Below, one piece after another: positions 10,093 to 19,870 of a stretch of 64,000 bases of DNA. Numbering within the stretch: position 1 is the stretch's first letter; each line of letters opens with the position of its first letter. The notes under the pieces are model-generated. The model had not been told where the DNA came from. It saw only the letters and a list, made by a program, of their open reading frames with translations, and made no database searches. Made by a program: the position numbers and the translations under genes. The DNA is from Sphingomonadales bacterium UBA6157 (GTDB taxonomy: Bacteria; Pseudomonadota; Alphaproteobacteria; Sphingomonadales; Sphingomonadaceae), in NCBI GenBank assembly GCA_002423025.1, contig DIUN01000006.1, positions 6,903 to 70,902 on the forward strand, written 5' to 3'.

Positions 10093-10112
10093 TGATATCA
10101 AAATTATATCAG
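10093..10112 (-). promoter_or_regulatory. Extended -10 promoter (TGATATAAT on the minus strand) overlapped by inverted repeat TGATAT-N7-ATATCA, upstream of the SPFH gene
   Basis: Minus strand reads CTGATATAATTTTGATATCA, 22-41 nt upstream of the SPFH ATG, with AGGGAG as the RBS. The 6-bp arms lie at 10093-10098 and 10106-10111. Confidence 0.4.
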
Positions 10113-10136
10113 TTTCCAGGCTGGCGCAAGCCGTAC

Positions 10137-10358
10137 TCAGTCTTCGGGGTCAGCGCCACCGCCGGGGCTGAACGGGCCGCCGTTGCCGGTGTCGTCGCCA
10201 AAATCGCCCCGGATCCGGCTGGAGAAGGCGTGCGGCGGCGCATCGGTATCGCTGGGGATAGGCGGCTGGCCTGGGTCCCCCTCGCGCGGCTGGCGCGGGG
10301 CACTGAACATGATGAGTGCGATGACGCCGATGGTCAGCAGGACAATGGCGATGACCAT
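10137..10358 (-). CDS. Small membrane protein: N-terminal TM and a Pro/Asp/Gly-rich tail
   Basis: MVIAIVLLTIGVIALIMF helix. High third-position GC, consistent with coding. No family recognised. Confidence 0.5.
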   Translation of the reverse strand: MVIAIVLLTIGVIALIMFSAPRQPREGDPGQPPIPSDTDAPPHAFSSRIRGDFGDDTGNGGPFSPGGGADPED

Positions 10359-10400
10359 GGCTTGGTTCTTTGTTTGCGAGGAAAGTGCGGTGCGTGACGA

Positions 10401-10541
10401 TCAGGGTTTGGCGTCAGGGTCCGGCTTGTCAGGGTTGCTCGGGCGGCGCTTGAAAATGTTGGCCGGGTCCCTTGCCATGAGCCAGAGCACCCAGCCGATA
10501 AAGGCGATGTTGAGGGCAACGATGAGGAGGATCGATGTCAT
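10401..10541 (-). CDS. Small membrane protein, 46 aa (below the ORF-track cut-off)
   Basis: Hand translation gives MTSILLIVALNIAFIGWVLWLMARDPANIFKRRPSNPDKPDPDAKP. High GC3. Same architecture as the neighbouring 73-aa ORF. Confidence 0.4.
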   Translation of the reverse strand: MTSILLIVALNIAFIGWVLWLMARDPANIFKRRPSNPDKPDPDAKP

Positions 10542-10581
10542 GAATTGATCCTATCTGACCCTCGGTAACTTGGCGATAGGA

Positions 10582-11001
10582 TCAGATGACGCGGAAGTAT
10601 TCGACGACGATCGAGCCGGCGTCGACGCTTCCGCTAATGGCGCTGACATAGGCACCATGGTTCAGCCAATCATGCGGCCCCTCGGGCGCCGTGAAGCTCG
10701 GGTGCGCCCACATCGGCGCGCCTGCTACGAGCGCTTTGCTGGAGCCCTTGTTGAGCACCTGGATAACAGTGCCGTCGTCAGTCTTCAGCGCATAACGGGC
10801 GTCCACGATCGTCCTGCCATCGGCTCCCTGCCGCAGCCAGTCAGCGCCGCCGGGCATGATTTCGGCGTTAAATTCGCCTTCGAAGCGACCGCCGGTTAGC
10901 GGGATACGCACCAGCATCATGCCATCGACAGTGCCAATCGGCTCCGGCAGCGAGATATGGACCGTCGCGCGGGCAAAGCGTTCGAGTGTTGGTTCGCTCA
11001 T
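10582..11001 (-). CDS. DUF3237 family protein
   Basis: Starts at internal MSEPTLERF; the longer ORF would overlap the parC stop at 11009. PLTGGRFEG and DWLRQGADG motifs are typical of DUF3237. Confidence 0.7.
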   Translation of the reverse strand: MSEPTLERFARATVHISLPEPIGTVDGMMLVRIPLTGGRFEGEFNAEIMPGGADWLRQGADGRTIVDARYALKTDDGTVIQVLNKGSSKALVAGAPMWAHPSFTAPEGPHDWLNHGAYVSAISGSVDAGSIVVEYFRVI

Positions 11002-11008
11002 GTCATCC

Positions 11009-13270
11009 TCAGCCGAACTTGTTGTCACGGGGGAAGCCGGTTGGCGGCAGGCGGCCGGCGCTGCCACGCGCGCCCTTCCAGAAGGTCAGGTCGCTTTCGG
11101 TTCGAGTCCGCGCCGTGGTACCGCCCATTGCCCAACTCAGCCCCTCGGTCATCACGAACGTCCGCGCATCGGCCATGCCGCCGTCCTTGTACTTCTGCAA
11201 GGCGACGCCCTGGCCGCGGCCCATGGTGGGCAGGTCATCCAGCGCGAAGACCAGCAGTTTGCGGTTTTCTCCGATCACCGCGACCATGTCGTCGCCAGGC
11301 GGGATGGGGCGAACGACGGCCAGGATGGCCTTGTCCTTCGGGTTCAGCACCTGCCGGCCCTTGCGGGTTTCGGCCAGCACATCGGCGCTGTCCACCAGGA
11401 AGCCGCGGCCATCGGAGGCGGCGAGCAGCAGCTTCGTCTCGGCGGGATAGGCGGCGATGAGCATGATCTCGGCGCCCTCTGCCAAGTCGATCATCAGTCT
11501 CAGCGGCTCGCCGAAACCGCGGCCGCCGGGCAGCTTGTCAGGCGAGAGCGTATAGAAACGGCCATCGTTGGCGGCGACCATGATTTTGTCCGTGGTGTAG
11601 GCGTGGAAGGCGAAGGCCGGGCCATCACCTTCCTTGAACTTGATGGCGTCACCTGCGGCGAGATCGATATGGCCCTTCATGGCGCGCACCCAGCCCTTCT
11701 GGCTGGCGATGATGGTGAGCGGCTCCTTGTCGATCATCGCTTCGAGCGGCATCAGCTTCACATCCGGCGCCGTCTCGACGCTGGTGCGGCGGCGGCCTAG
11801 CGGCGTGGTGGGGCCGTATTTGTCCCGCAGGGCGGTGAGGTCCTTGACCATCCGGGCGGTCTGTTCGCTGGGAGAAGCTATGAGGCCGCGCAGGCCCTTG
11901 GCTTCCAGCGTCAGCGCCTGGTTCTCCTTGGTGATCTCGATCTCTTCCAGCCGGCGCAGCGAGCGCAGCCGCATGTTGAGGATCGCCTCGGCCTGGGTCG
12001 GCGTGAGATCGAAAGCGGCGATCAGCTCAAGCTTGGCATCATCGGCCTCGCGGATGATGCGGATGACTTCATCGAGGTTGAGATAGGCCTTGAGCAGCCC
12101 GCCGAGGATATCGAGCCGGGCGTCGATCTTTTCCAGCCGGTAGCGCGAGCGGGCGATGAGCACCTCGCGCTGGTGAATGAGCCATTTGGCGATGACGTCA
12201 CGCAACGAGAGCACGCCGGGGCGGCCATGATCGAGCACGTTCATGTTGAGCGAGACGCGCACTTCCAGATCGGTGAGCTTGAACAGGCTCTCCATAAGCA
12301 CCGCCGGATCGACATTGCGCGAGCGCGGCTCGATGACGATGCGGACCTGCTCATCCGATTCATCATCGATGTCGCCCATGATGGGCAGCTTCTTCTCGTT
12401 TACCAGCTCTGCCAGCGCCTCGATGAGCTTGCCCTTCACGACCTGGTAGGGGATCTCATCGATAACGATGCGCCACCTGCCATGGCCCTGATCCTCTACT
12501 CGCCAGCGCGCGCGCAGACGGAAGCTACCGCGCCCGGTGGCATAGGATTCGGCAATGCTGGCAGCCGGCTCGACACAGATGCCGCCGGTCGGGAAGTCAG
12601 GCCCCTTCACATGGGCGAGCATCGCGGCTTCCGGCAGCTCCGGATTGTCGAGCAGCGCCAGCGCGGCGCCGAGGACTTCGGCGGCGTTGTGCGGTGGAAT
12701 GCTGGTCGCCATGCCGACAGCGATGCCGGACGAACCATTGGCCAGCAGATTGGGGAAAAGGCCGGGGAAGACTTCGGGCTCCTCCTCCTCGCCATTGTAG
12801 GTGGTGCGGAAATCGACGCTGGCTTCGTCCAGCCCGTCCATCAGTTCCGCGGCAGCAGCGGTGAGCCGAGCCTCGGTATACCGCATGGCGGCGGCGTTAT
12901 CGCCATCGATGTTGCCGAAGTTGCCCTGGCCATCGACGAGGGGATAGCGCAGCGCGAAATCCTGGCTGAGACGCACCAGTGCGTCATAGATCGATTGGTC
13001 ACCATGCGGGTGGTATTTGCCCATCACGTCGCCGACGACGCGGGCGGACTTCTTGTAGGCGGCAGCCGGATCGAGCTTGAGCAGCCGCATGCCCCAAAGG
13101 ATGCGGCGGTGCACCGGCTTCAGGCCATCTCGCAGATCCGGCAGTGAGCGCGCGGTGATCGTGGAGAGCGCATAGACGAGGTAGCGGTCCCCCAGCGCGC
13201 TGTCGAACGGCGTGTCGAGGATGCGGTCGGCGGGTGGTTCGGGGGGCGGTGCGAGCGTGGTTCTGGCCAT
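11009..13270 (-). CDS. parC: DNA topoisomerase IV subunit A
   Basis: [20 protein letters not shown] and the catalytic region [10 protein letters not shown]. ~750 aa without the long GyrA C-terminal extension. Confidence 0.9.
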   Translation of the reverse strand: MARTTLAPPPEPPADRILDTPFDSALGDRYLVYALSTITARSLPDLRDGLKPVHRRILWGMRLLKLDPAAAYKKSARVVGDVMGKYHPHGDQSIYDALVRLSQDFALRYPLVDGQGNFGNIDGDNAAAMRYTEARLTAAAAELMDGLDEASVDFRTTYNGEEEEPEVFPGLFPNLLANGSSGIAVGMATSIPPHNAAEVLGAALALLDNPELPEAAMLAHVKGPDFPTGGICVEPAASIAESYATGRGSFRLRARWRVEDQGHGRWRIVIDEIPYQVVKGKLIEALAELVNEKKLPIMGDIDDESDEQVRIVIEPRSRNVDPAVLMESLFKLTDLEVRVSLNMNVLDHGRPGVLSLRDVIAKWLIHQREVLIARSRYRLEKIDARLDILGGLLKAYLNLDEVIRIIREADDAKLELIAAFDLTPTQAEAILNMRLRSLRRLEEIEITKENQALTLEAKGLRGLIASPSEQTARMVKDLTALRDKYGPTTPLGRRRTSVETAPDVKLMPLEAMIDKEPLTIIASQKGWVRAMKGHIDLAAGDAIKFKEGDGPAFAFHAYTTDKIMVAANDGRFYTLSPDKLPGGRGFGEPLRLMIDLAEGAEIMLIAAYPAETKLLLAASDGRGFLVDSADVLAETRKGRQVLNPKDKAILAVVRPIPPGDDMVAVIGENRKLLVFALDDLPTMGRGQGVALQKYKDGGMADARTFVMTEGLSWAMGGTTARTRTESDLTFWKGARGSAGRLPPTGFPRDNKFG

Positions 13271-13317
13271 GCTCCGGGATAGCGCGGGGCGGCGGGGGCG
13301 TCCACGGCTGGTTTGGG

Positions 13318-14043
13318 TCAGGGCAGCTTGAGGCGTGCGATCAGCTGCTGCCGTGCCGGCAGGATGGCGGCGGCGCGGCCGTTGATCAGGTCCCGCTCAA
13401 GGAAATAGCCCGAGAGTTTGAGGCCCTCGGCGATGGCGGCCGGCGTTGCCGGCGCTGGGCCGATGAGAAAGCCCGGGAGCGGCAGCAGTCGCGCTGCCCA
13501 GGGCAGGCCTGCTCCGCGGCTTACGGCTTGTGCGGACTTGGGTGAGACGTAGGCAAGATCCTCGGTGCTGCCGGTGGCGGCGCAACTGGTCAGGTCCAGC
13601 CCGAAGCCGAGCTCCGACAACAGCAGCAGCTCGAAGCGCACAAGACTTTCGCCGAGCGCCGCCATCGGCATGGCGGCGGCGATGCCATCGAGCAGGGCTT
13701 CCAGGGCCGTGTGGATGGTGGGGTGCGGATCATCCTCGGCGAGTGCTGTGGCAGTGAGAGCGGTGAACCAGGCGATGGCAGCGAGGCTGGCACCATCGGC
13801 GGCGAGCGCGGTTCGGGCGCGGGTGAGCTCGACTGTGGCGGCGGCGAGTTGGCTATCGGTGCGGGCATTGAGGCTGAGCGCGACGCTGTTGCCTGGCTGC
13901 AGCACCGGGCGCAGTTTTGATGAGCGGCCGCCGCGCACATAGCCGGCCAAGAGGCCATGACCGGGCGTGAGGAAGCGCACCACCGCGCCATGCTCGCCAT
14001 GGGCAAGCAGCGCGCAGACGATGGCGGGTGTTTCAAGGTGCAT
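13318..14043 (-). CDS. recO: DNA repair protein RecO
   Basis: [27 protein letters not shown]-terminus (internal ATG at 14043). Located downstream of rnc-era as usual. Confidence 0.85.
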   Translation of the reverse strand: MHLETPAIVCALLAHGEHGAVVRFLTPGHGLLAGYVRGGRSSKLRPVLQPGNSVALSLNARTDSQLAAATVELTRARTALAADGASLAAIAWFTALTATALAEDDPHPTIHTALEALLDGIAAAMPMAALGESLVRFELLLLSELGFGLDLTSCAATGSTEDLAYVSPKSAQAVSRGAGLPWAARLLPLPGFLIGPAPATPAAIAEGLKLSGYFLERDLINGRAAAILPARQQLIARLKLP

Positions 14044-14334
14044 GGCGCATCGTAGCGCAAGCAGGCGGCCGGGCGCGATGGCCGAAACGGTGACCAAGCC
14101 GCTCAGGCAACCTTTGTCCTACCAGACCGTTAATGGCTCAGTGCGCTTTTGCAGACAGGCAGGTCGGTTGATGATCAAGGTCAGTGTAGATGAAGCCCAG
14201 GTTGCGCACCTGATTCTGGCTCCTGAACCAATGGCGGCGGCCGATGCCGGCGTTGACCCTATCGCGGCCGCGGAGCGGCTGTTCTCGGTTCTGGCCAAAG
14301 GCTCGGTTGCGGCCGGCGCAGCGTCCGATCTAGC

Positions 14335-15264
14335 TCAATCCACCCAGCCCAGCCCGACATCGCGATAGACGGCGCGGTCTTCGGACCAGTCTTCCTTCAC
14401 CTTGACGTGCAGGAAGAGGTGCACCTTCTTTCCAGTGAGTTCGGCAATGCCGGCGCGGGCTGCGGCGCCGATCTCCTTGATGCGGCTGCCGCCCTTGCCG
14501 AGGACGATGGCGCGCTGCGTGTCACGCTCCACCAGGATCTGCTGGTGGATGGCGATGCTGCCATCGCGTCGCTCTTCCCACTTTTCTGTTTCCACGGCGC
14601 TGGCATAGGGCAGCTCGGCATGAAGCTGGTTGTAGATCTGCTCGCGGGTAATCTCGGCGGCCATCAGTCTTGTCGTGGCGTCGGTGAGTTGGTCTTCCGG
14701 GAAGTGCCAGGGGCCAGGGGGCATGGCGGCGGCGAGCGCCGCCTTCAATTCCGCCACGCCGTCGCCGGTGTTCGCCGAGATGAAATAGGTCTCGGTGAAA
14801 TGCGCGAAGCTGTTGGCATGGGCGGCCAGCTCGAGCAGCCGGGTTTTCGCGGTGATGTCCACCTTGTTGAGCACCAGCAGCTTGGGTTCGGGGCGGTTGG
14901 ACAGCGATTCAAGAATGGCGGTCGCATCGGCGCGAAAGCCGGTCTTGGCGTCCACCACAAAGGCGATCAGGTCCGCCCCTTCGGCGCCTTCCCAGGCGGC
15001 CTTGACCATGGCGCGGTCCAGCCGGCGGCGCGGTGCAAAGATGCCGGGCGTGTCGATGAGCAGCAGCTGGGTGTTGCCCTCTGTTGCGATGCCCATGAGC
15101 CGCGTGCGGGTCGTCTGGACCTTGGAGGACACGATGGCGATCTTCTGGCCGACGAGCGCGTTGACCAGCGTGGATTTGCCGGCATTTGGCGCGCCAACGA
15201 TGGCGACCGAGCCGCAGCGGGTGTCGGGAACGGCGAGGCCGGTTTCAGGTATATCAATCATCAA
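14335..15264 (-). CDS. era: GTPase Era
   Basis: G1 GAPNAGKST, G3 DTPG, G4 NKVD, and a C-terminal KH domain (VERDTQRAIVLGKGGSRIKEIG). Confidence 0.95.
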   Translation of the reverse strand: MMIDIPETGLAVPDTRCGSVAIVGAPNAGKSTLVNALVGQKIAIVSSKVQTTRTRLMGIATEGNTQLLLIDTPGIFAPRRRLDRAMVKAAWEGAEGADLIAFVVDAKTGFRADATAILESLSNRPEPKLLVLNKVDITAKTRLLELAAHANSFAHFTETYFISANTGDGVAELKAALAAAMPPGPWHFPEDQLTDATTRLMAAEITREQIYNQLHAELPYASAVETEKWEERRDGSIAIHQQILVERDTQRAIVLGKGGSRIKEIGAAARAGIAELTGKKVHLFLHVKVKEDWSEDRAVYRDVGLGWVD

Positions 15265-15914
15265 TCTGCCTTTGCCAGCAGGACCCGGAGCATAGCCTCG
15301 GCGGCGGCCTTTTCGGCATCCTGCTTGTTGTTTCCGGTGCCGCGCGCCGGCTCCTCGCCGCGCACGCTGGCTTCCACGGTGAAGACAGGCGCGTGCGGCG
15401 GCCCTTCGCGGTCAACGACCACATAGGTCGGCATACCGCGTCGGCGCTTGAGCGTCCATTCCTGCAGCCTCGATTTGGGGTCATCGAGCAGGCGCGGCTT
15501 GTCACCGAGCAGTCGGCCCCATTCCCGCCGCACCAGCGTATCGGCCGCATCCCAGCCACCATCGATGAACACCGCGCCAACGAGGGCTTCGGCAATATCG
15601 CCGAGCACGTTATCGGAGAGGTGCAATCCCTTGGCGCGGGTTTTGGTTTCCATGATGACCAGCTCGGAGACGCCCCAGCTACGGGCAACCTCGGCATTGG
15701 CCGGGCCTTCCACAAGCGCGTGCAGGCGGGCGGTAAGCCGGCCTTCCGCTTCGTCATGACCCTTGTAGAGCCAGGCCGCGACCGAGCAGCCGAGGACGCG
15801 ATCCCCAAGGAATTCCAGCCGCTGGTAACTGTCCGTCCCCTTGGTGGCGCTGCCATGCGTAAGGGCGCGGCGGATGAGCCCGACGTCTTTGAAATCATGG
15901 CCAAGCGTCTTCAT
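15261..15914 (-). CDS. rnc: Ribonuclease III
   Basis: Signature ERLEFLGDRVLG and a C-terminal dsRBD (DPKSRLQEW ... GTGNNKQDAEKAAAEA). Start taken at internal MKTLGHDF (15914). Confidence 0.9.
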   Translation of the reverse strand: MKTLGHDFKDVGLIRRALTHGSATKGTDSYQRLEFLGDRVLGCSVAAWLYKGHDEAEGRLTARLHALVEGPANAEVARSWGVSELVIMETKTRAKGLHLSDNVLGDIAEALVGAVFIDGGWDAADTLVRREWGRLLGDKPRLLDDPKSRLQEWTLKRRRGMPTYVVVDREGPPHAPVFTVEASVRGEEPARGTGNNKQDAEKAAAEAMLRVLLAKAD

Positions 15915-16095
15915 GGCCCAAGCGTGAAGCTGCGCGTCGCTGTGGCTCACCGGCGGAAACCCGGGTTGACGTGATTGTATAGCATCATGGCCGGTGGCGT
16001 GGCGCGGGGCGGGTGCGCGGTCAAGCACGGAAATGCCGGCGCGCTGTGCGGCAAGGGTCTTGGAGTTGTCATGCTGATGCGGCAAAGTCTCGTTC

Positions 16096-17619
16096 ATGAT
16101 GGATTTTCACGCACAATTGCAGGCTCATGCCGCCAGCGTCCGGCGGCCGATTGCGGCACTTTTTGCAGCGGAGCCCGAGCGGCTGGGAACGCTGAGCCTT
16201 GATGTGGCAGGCGTGCACTTCGATTTTTCCAAGCTGGCGCTGGACAGCAAGGCGCTGGCGCTGCTTGCCGGGCTGGCCGACGAGGCGGACTTTGCGGACT
16301 GGCGCGCGAAGCTCTTTGCCGGGGCTATCGTCAACCCAAGCGAGCGCCGCCCAGCGACGCATATGGCCGAGCGTGGCATGGGAGCAGCAGCCGACGTGGC
16401 GGCTGCGACGCAGGGTCAGGCCGCGATGCAGGCGCTCGTCGAGGCGATGCGAGGCGAGAACGTCGATCATGTGCTGCACATCGGCATCGGCGGCTCGGCG
16501 CTTGGCCCGGCGCTGCTGCTCGATGCGCTGGGGCGTGATGGTGATGGGCCGTTGGTGCATGTGGTGGCCAATATCGATGGTGAGGCGCTGGCCCGTGCCA
16601 TGGCGGTGTGTGACCCGCTCCGCACAAGAATTATCATCGTCTCCAAGACGTTCACCACCACCGAGACGATGACGAATACTGCCAGTGCGCTGGACTGGCT
16701 GGCGGCGGCAGGCGTGGTCGATCCGCGTGCAAGGACCGTGGCCGTGACAGCGGCACCGGAGAAGGCGCGGGCCTGGGGTGCCGGCGCTGTGCTGCCCTTC
16801 GCCGAGACGGTGGGCGGGCGCTATTCCCTCTGGTCTGCCGTGGGGCTGCCCTTTGCGCTGCGCTGTGGCTGGCCTGCATGGGAGGCGTTGCGCGCCGGTG
16901 CTGCCGCCATGGATGCACATTTTCGTGATGCGCCGCTTGGCCGCAACGCCCCGGTGCTGGCGGCAATGGGCGATGTGTGGGCAGCGCGTTACCTCGGCCA
17001 GCAGGTGCGCGGTGTGTTCGCTTATGATGAGCGGCTGCGGTTGCTGCCGAGCTTCCTCCAGCAGCTCGAGATGGAGAGCAATGGCAAGCGCGTGACGCGG
17101 ACCGGCGCGCCGGTCCGCGGGCCGACGGCGGCTGTTACTTGGGGCGGTACCGGCACGGATGCGCAGCACGCGGTGTTCCAACTGCTCCACCAGGGCACCA
17201 CCGTAGGCCCGGTGGAGTTTGTGGCTGTGAAGGCGCCTGGGCATGGCTTGCCGGTGACGCATCATCGGCAACTGCTCGCCAATTGTTTTGCGCAGGGCGC
17301 GGCGCTCATGCAGGGCCGCAGCTTCGAGGCGGCTCTGGCGCTCTCCGGCGGGGACAAGGCGCTGGCGGCGGCCAAGACTTTCCCCGGCAATCGTCCCTCG
17401 GCGACGCTGCTGCTCGATCGGCTCGATCCCGCCAGTCTTGGAGCACTGCTGGCATTTTATGAGCACCGGGCTTTTACGGCGGCGGCGCTGCTTGGCATCA
17501 ACCCGTTTGATCAATGGGGCGTCGAACTGGGCAAGGAGATGGCGACGGCAGTGCTGGCGGGTACGTTGGGCGACATCGACGCCTCGACGGCGGACTTGAT
17601 GCGGCGCGGCCTGGCCTGA
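16096..17619 (+). CDS. pgi: Glucose-6-phosphate isomerase
   Basis: IGIGGSALGP, VSKTFTTTET, and the C-terminal INPFDQWGVELGK signature. Confidence 0.95.
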   Translation: MMDFHAQLQAHAASVRRPIAALFAAEPERLGTLSLDVAGVHFDFSKLALDSKALALLAGLADEADFADWRAKLFAGAIVNPSERRPATHMAERGMGAAADVAAATQGQAAMQALVEAMRGENVDHVLHIGIGGSALGPALLLDALGRDGDGPLVHVVANIDGEALARAMAVCDPLRTRIIIVSKTFTTTETMTNTASALDWLAAAGVVDPRARTVAVTAAPEKARAWGAGAVLPFAETVGGRYSLWSAVGLPFALRCGWPAWEALRAGAAAMDAHFRDAPLGRNAPVLAAMGDVWAARYLGQQVRGVFAYDERLRLLPSFLQQLEMESNGKRVTRTGAPVRGPTAAVTWGGTGTDAQHAVFQLLHQGTTVGPVEFVAVKAPGHGLPVTHHRQLLANCFAQGAALMQGRSFEAALALSGGDKALAAAKTFPGNRPSATLLLDRLDPASLGALLAFYEHRAFTAAALLGINPFDQWGVELGKEMATAVLAGTLGDIDASTADLMRRGLA

Positions 17620-17622
17620 GGC

Positions 17623-18378
17623 TCAGGCTGCGGCTGGGCTCTCGGGCTTCATTCCGGTCCACACGCCGCCGATCAGGGCTTCGGTGGGCTGGAAGCGCTT
17701 CTTGTAGGCCATCCGATCGCAGCCATCGATCCAGTATCCGAGATAGACATAGGGCAGCCCAGTGCGCGCGGCGCGGATGATGTGATCGAGGATGATGAAG
17801 TTGCCAAGGCCCTGGCGGCTTGCGTCCTCGGTTTCATAGAAGCTGTAGATCATCGAGAGCCCGTCCGATTGCTTGTCGGTGAGGCAGCAGCCAACGAGGC
17901 GACCGGGGCGACCATCAATGGACGGCTCGCGATACTCCACCACCACGGTATCGACGGGGGATTGCTCGATCATGTCGGCATAATCATGCCCGTCCATGTT
18001 CGCCATGCCACCGGCTGGGTGGCGGGCGGCGAGATAGCGGCGCAGCAGCGCCCATTGCTCCTCGGTGGACCAGGGCTCGCAGGCGCTTACTTCGAGATCG
18101 GCATGGCGCTTGAGCAGCTTCTTCTGGCTTGTGGAGGGGCGGAAGCGCCGGGCGACGACGCGCACCGATATGCAGGCCTGGCAAAAATCACAGGACGGGC
18201 GATAAACGACGTTCTGGCTGCGGCGGAAACCGATGCGACCGAGGGCCTCGTTCATCTCGCCGGCCTCCGGGCCCTTGAGCTCGGCGAACACCTTGCGCTC
18301 GGTACGACCGGGCACATACGGGCAGGGTGACGGCGCGGTCACGAAAAACCGCGGAAAGCGAAAACTCTGGTCGGTCAC
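17623..18378 (-). CDS. bpt: Arginyl/leucyl-tRNA-protein transferase (Bpt/Ate family)
   Basis: [35 protein letters not shown] and YVYLGYWI motifs. Confidence 0.9.
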   Translation of the reverse strand: MTDQSFRFPRFFVTAPSPCPYVPGRTERKVFAELKGPEAGEMNEALGRIGFRRSQNVVYRPSCDFCQACISVRVVARRFRPSTSQKKLLKRHADLEVSACEPWSTEEQWALLRRYLAARHPAGGMANMDGHDYADMIEQSPVDTVVVEYREPSIDGRPGRLVGCCLTDKQSDGLSMIYSFYETEDASRQGLGNFIILDHIIRAARTGLPYVYLGYWIDGCDRMAYKKRFQPTEALIGGVWTGMKPESPAAA

Positions 18379-18512
18379 AAACCTCCCCTCTCCGGATTCT
18401 GCGGCCTATTGCACACCTTAGTGCTGCCCATGGCGCGATGGCCAGTGGCAAAATGCCGGTTTCGGGTGGTTAACTACGACGGATTCGGTTGTATTTTTTG
18501 CTGTCTGCAGGA

Positions 18513-19760
18513 TCAGTCCAGCTCCACCGAGCGGACTTCATAGCCCGAAGCCCGCAGCGCCTCGACCAGACGGTCAAGATGGTCACGGTCCCGCGTCTCG
18601 CACTCGATGTCGGTCATCAGGCCCTTGGCGGGCAGGTTGTTGAAGACGCGCTGGTGGTAGACTTCCAGGATGTTGACCTGCTGCTGATCGAAAACGCGGG
18701 CGACTTCAAAGAGCTGGCCCGGCCGGTCCTTGAGGCGGATGCGCAGCCGGGCAAGGCGGCCCGACCGCGCCAGTTCACGCAGCAGCACATTGGCAAGCAG
18801 CCGCGTATCGATGTTGCCGCCGCAGAGAACCAGGCCGACCTTGGTGCCGCGGAAACGGCGCGGATGCGCGAGCAGTGCGGCAAGGCCAGCAGCGCCGGCG
18901 CCTTCCACCACGGTCTTTTCGATCGTGAGCAGTAGCGAAACGGCATGCTCAAGATTGCGCTCACCAACCAGCACGATCTCATCGACCAGCGCCTGCACGA
19001 CCTGGCGGGTGAGCATGCCTGGCGTCTTCACAGCGATGCCTTCTGCCAGCGTGTCCCCATCGCAGATGGCACTCTCCCCGCGCAGCAGAGCATGCATGGA
19101 TGGGTAAAGCTCGGCCTGCACGCCCACCACGTCGATCTTGGGATTGTGTGCCTTGGCAACCGTGGCGATGCCCGAGATCAGGCCGCCGCCGCCGATGGGG
19201 ATGACCAGCGTATCGAGATCAGGCACTTCGGCGAGCATCTCCAGGCCAACGGTGCCCTGGCCAGCCATGACCAGCGGATCATCGAATGGGTGGACGAACA
19301 CGAAACCACGCTTTTCGGCCAGCATCAGCGCATGGGCGCCGGCCTCCTCGAACTTCTCGCCGTGCAGCACGACATGGGCGCCATGGCCCTCGGTCTGCTG
19401 GACTTTCACGATCGGCGTGAATCGCGGCATGACGATAGTGGCCGGGATGCCGAGGCGGCGGGCATGATAGGCCAGCCCCTGTGCATGATTGCCTGCGGAG
19501 GCCGCAATGACACCGCGCGCCCGCTCCTCGGCGGTGAGGCTCAGCAGCTTGTTGAGCGCGCCGCGCTCCTTGTAGGCCGCAGTGAACTGCAGGTTCTCGA
19601 ACTTGAGCCAGACATCGGCACCGGTGAGATCGGAAAGCGTCTGGCTGCGCAGGCAGGGGGTGCGAATGACGGAACCGGAAATCGCAAGGGCCGCGGCCTC
19701 AACGTCGGCGAGGCTGATCGGCAGGGCGTCTGCGGCGGCTTGGGGTGCGGTCACGGTCAT
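18513..19760 (-). CDS. ilvA: Threonine ammonia-lyase (PLP-dependent, with one C-terminal ACT-like domain)
   Basis: PLP lysine motif ENLQFTAAYKERGA and glycine loop GGGGLISG. Confidence 0.9.
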   Translation of the reverse strand: MTVTAPQAAADALPISLADVEAAALAISGSVIRTPCLRSQTLSDLTGADVWLKFENLQFTAAYKERGALNKLLSLTAEERARGVIAASAGNHAQGLAYHARRLGIPATIVMPRFTPIVKVQQTEGHGAHVVLHGEKFEEAGAHALMLAEKRGFVFVHPFDDPLVMAGQGTVGLEMLAEVPDLDTLVIPIGGGGLISGIATVAKAHNPKIDVVGVQAELYPSMHALLRGESAICDGDTLAEGIAVKTPGMLTRQVVQALVDEIVLVGERNLEHAVSLLLTIEKTVVEGAGAAGLAALLAHPRRFRGTKVGLVLCGGNIDTRLLANVLLRELARSGRLARLRIRLKDRPGQLFEVARVFDQQQVNILEVYHQRVFNNLPAKGLMTDIECETRDRDHLDRLVEALRASGYEVRSVELD

Positions 19761-19870
19761 GCGCGGTGCTTAGCCGGGGGCGTGCCTTGGTGCAAATGTC
19801 CTGTTCCGGGTAGCGCTGGGCGCCGAGCTGGGGCAAGGGGCGGCGATTGGCGATTTCGGGAGCAGGCGTA

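Noticed and set aside
13967-14368. A plus-strand 133-aa ORF covering the era-recO gap.
   Set aside because: It overlaps the recO 5' end and the era 3' end on the opposite strand, and it has no motif, weak GC3 bias and no RBS. It is kept only as an unexplained-gap note.
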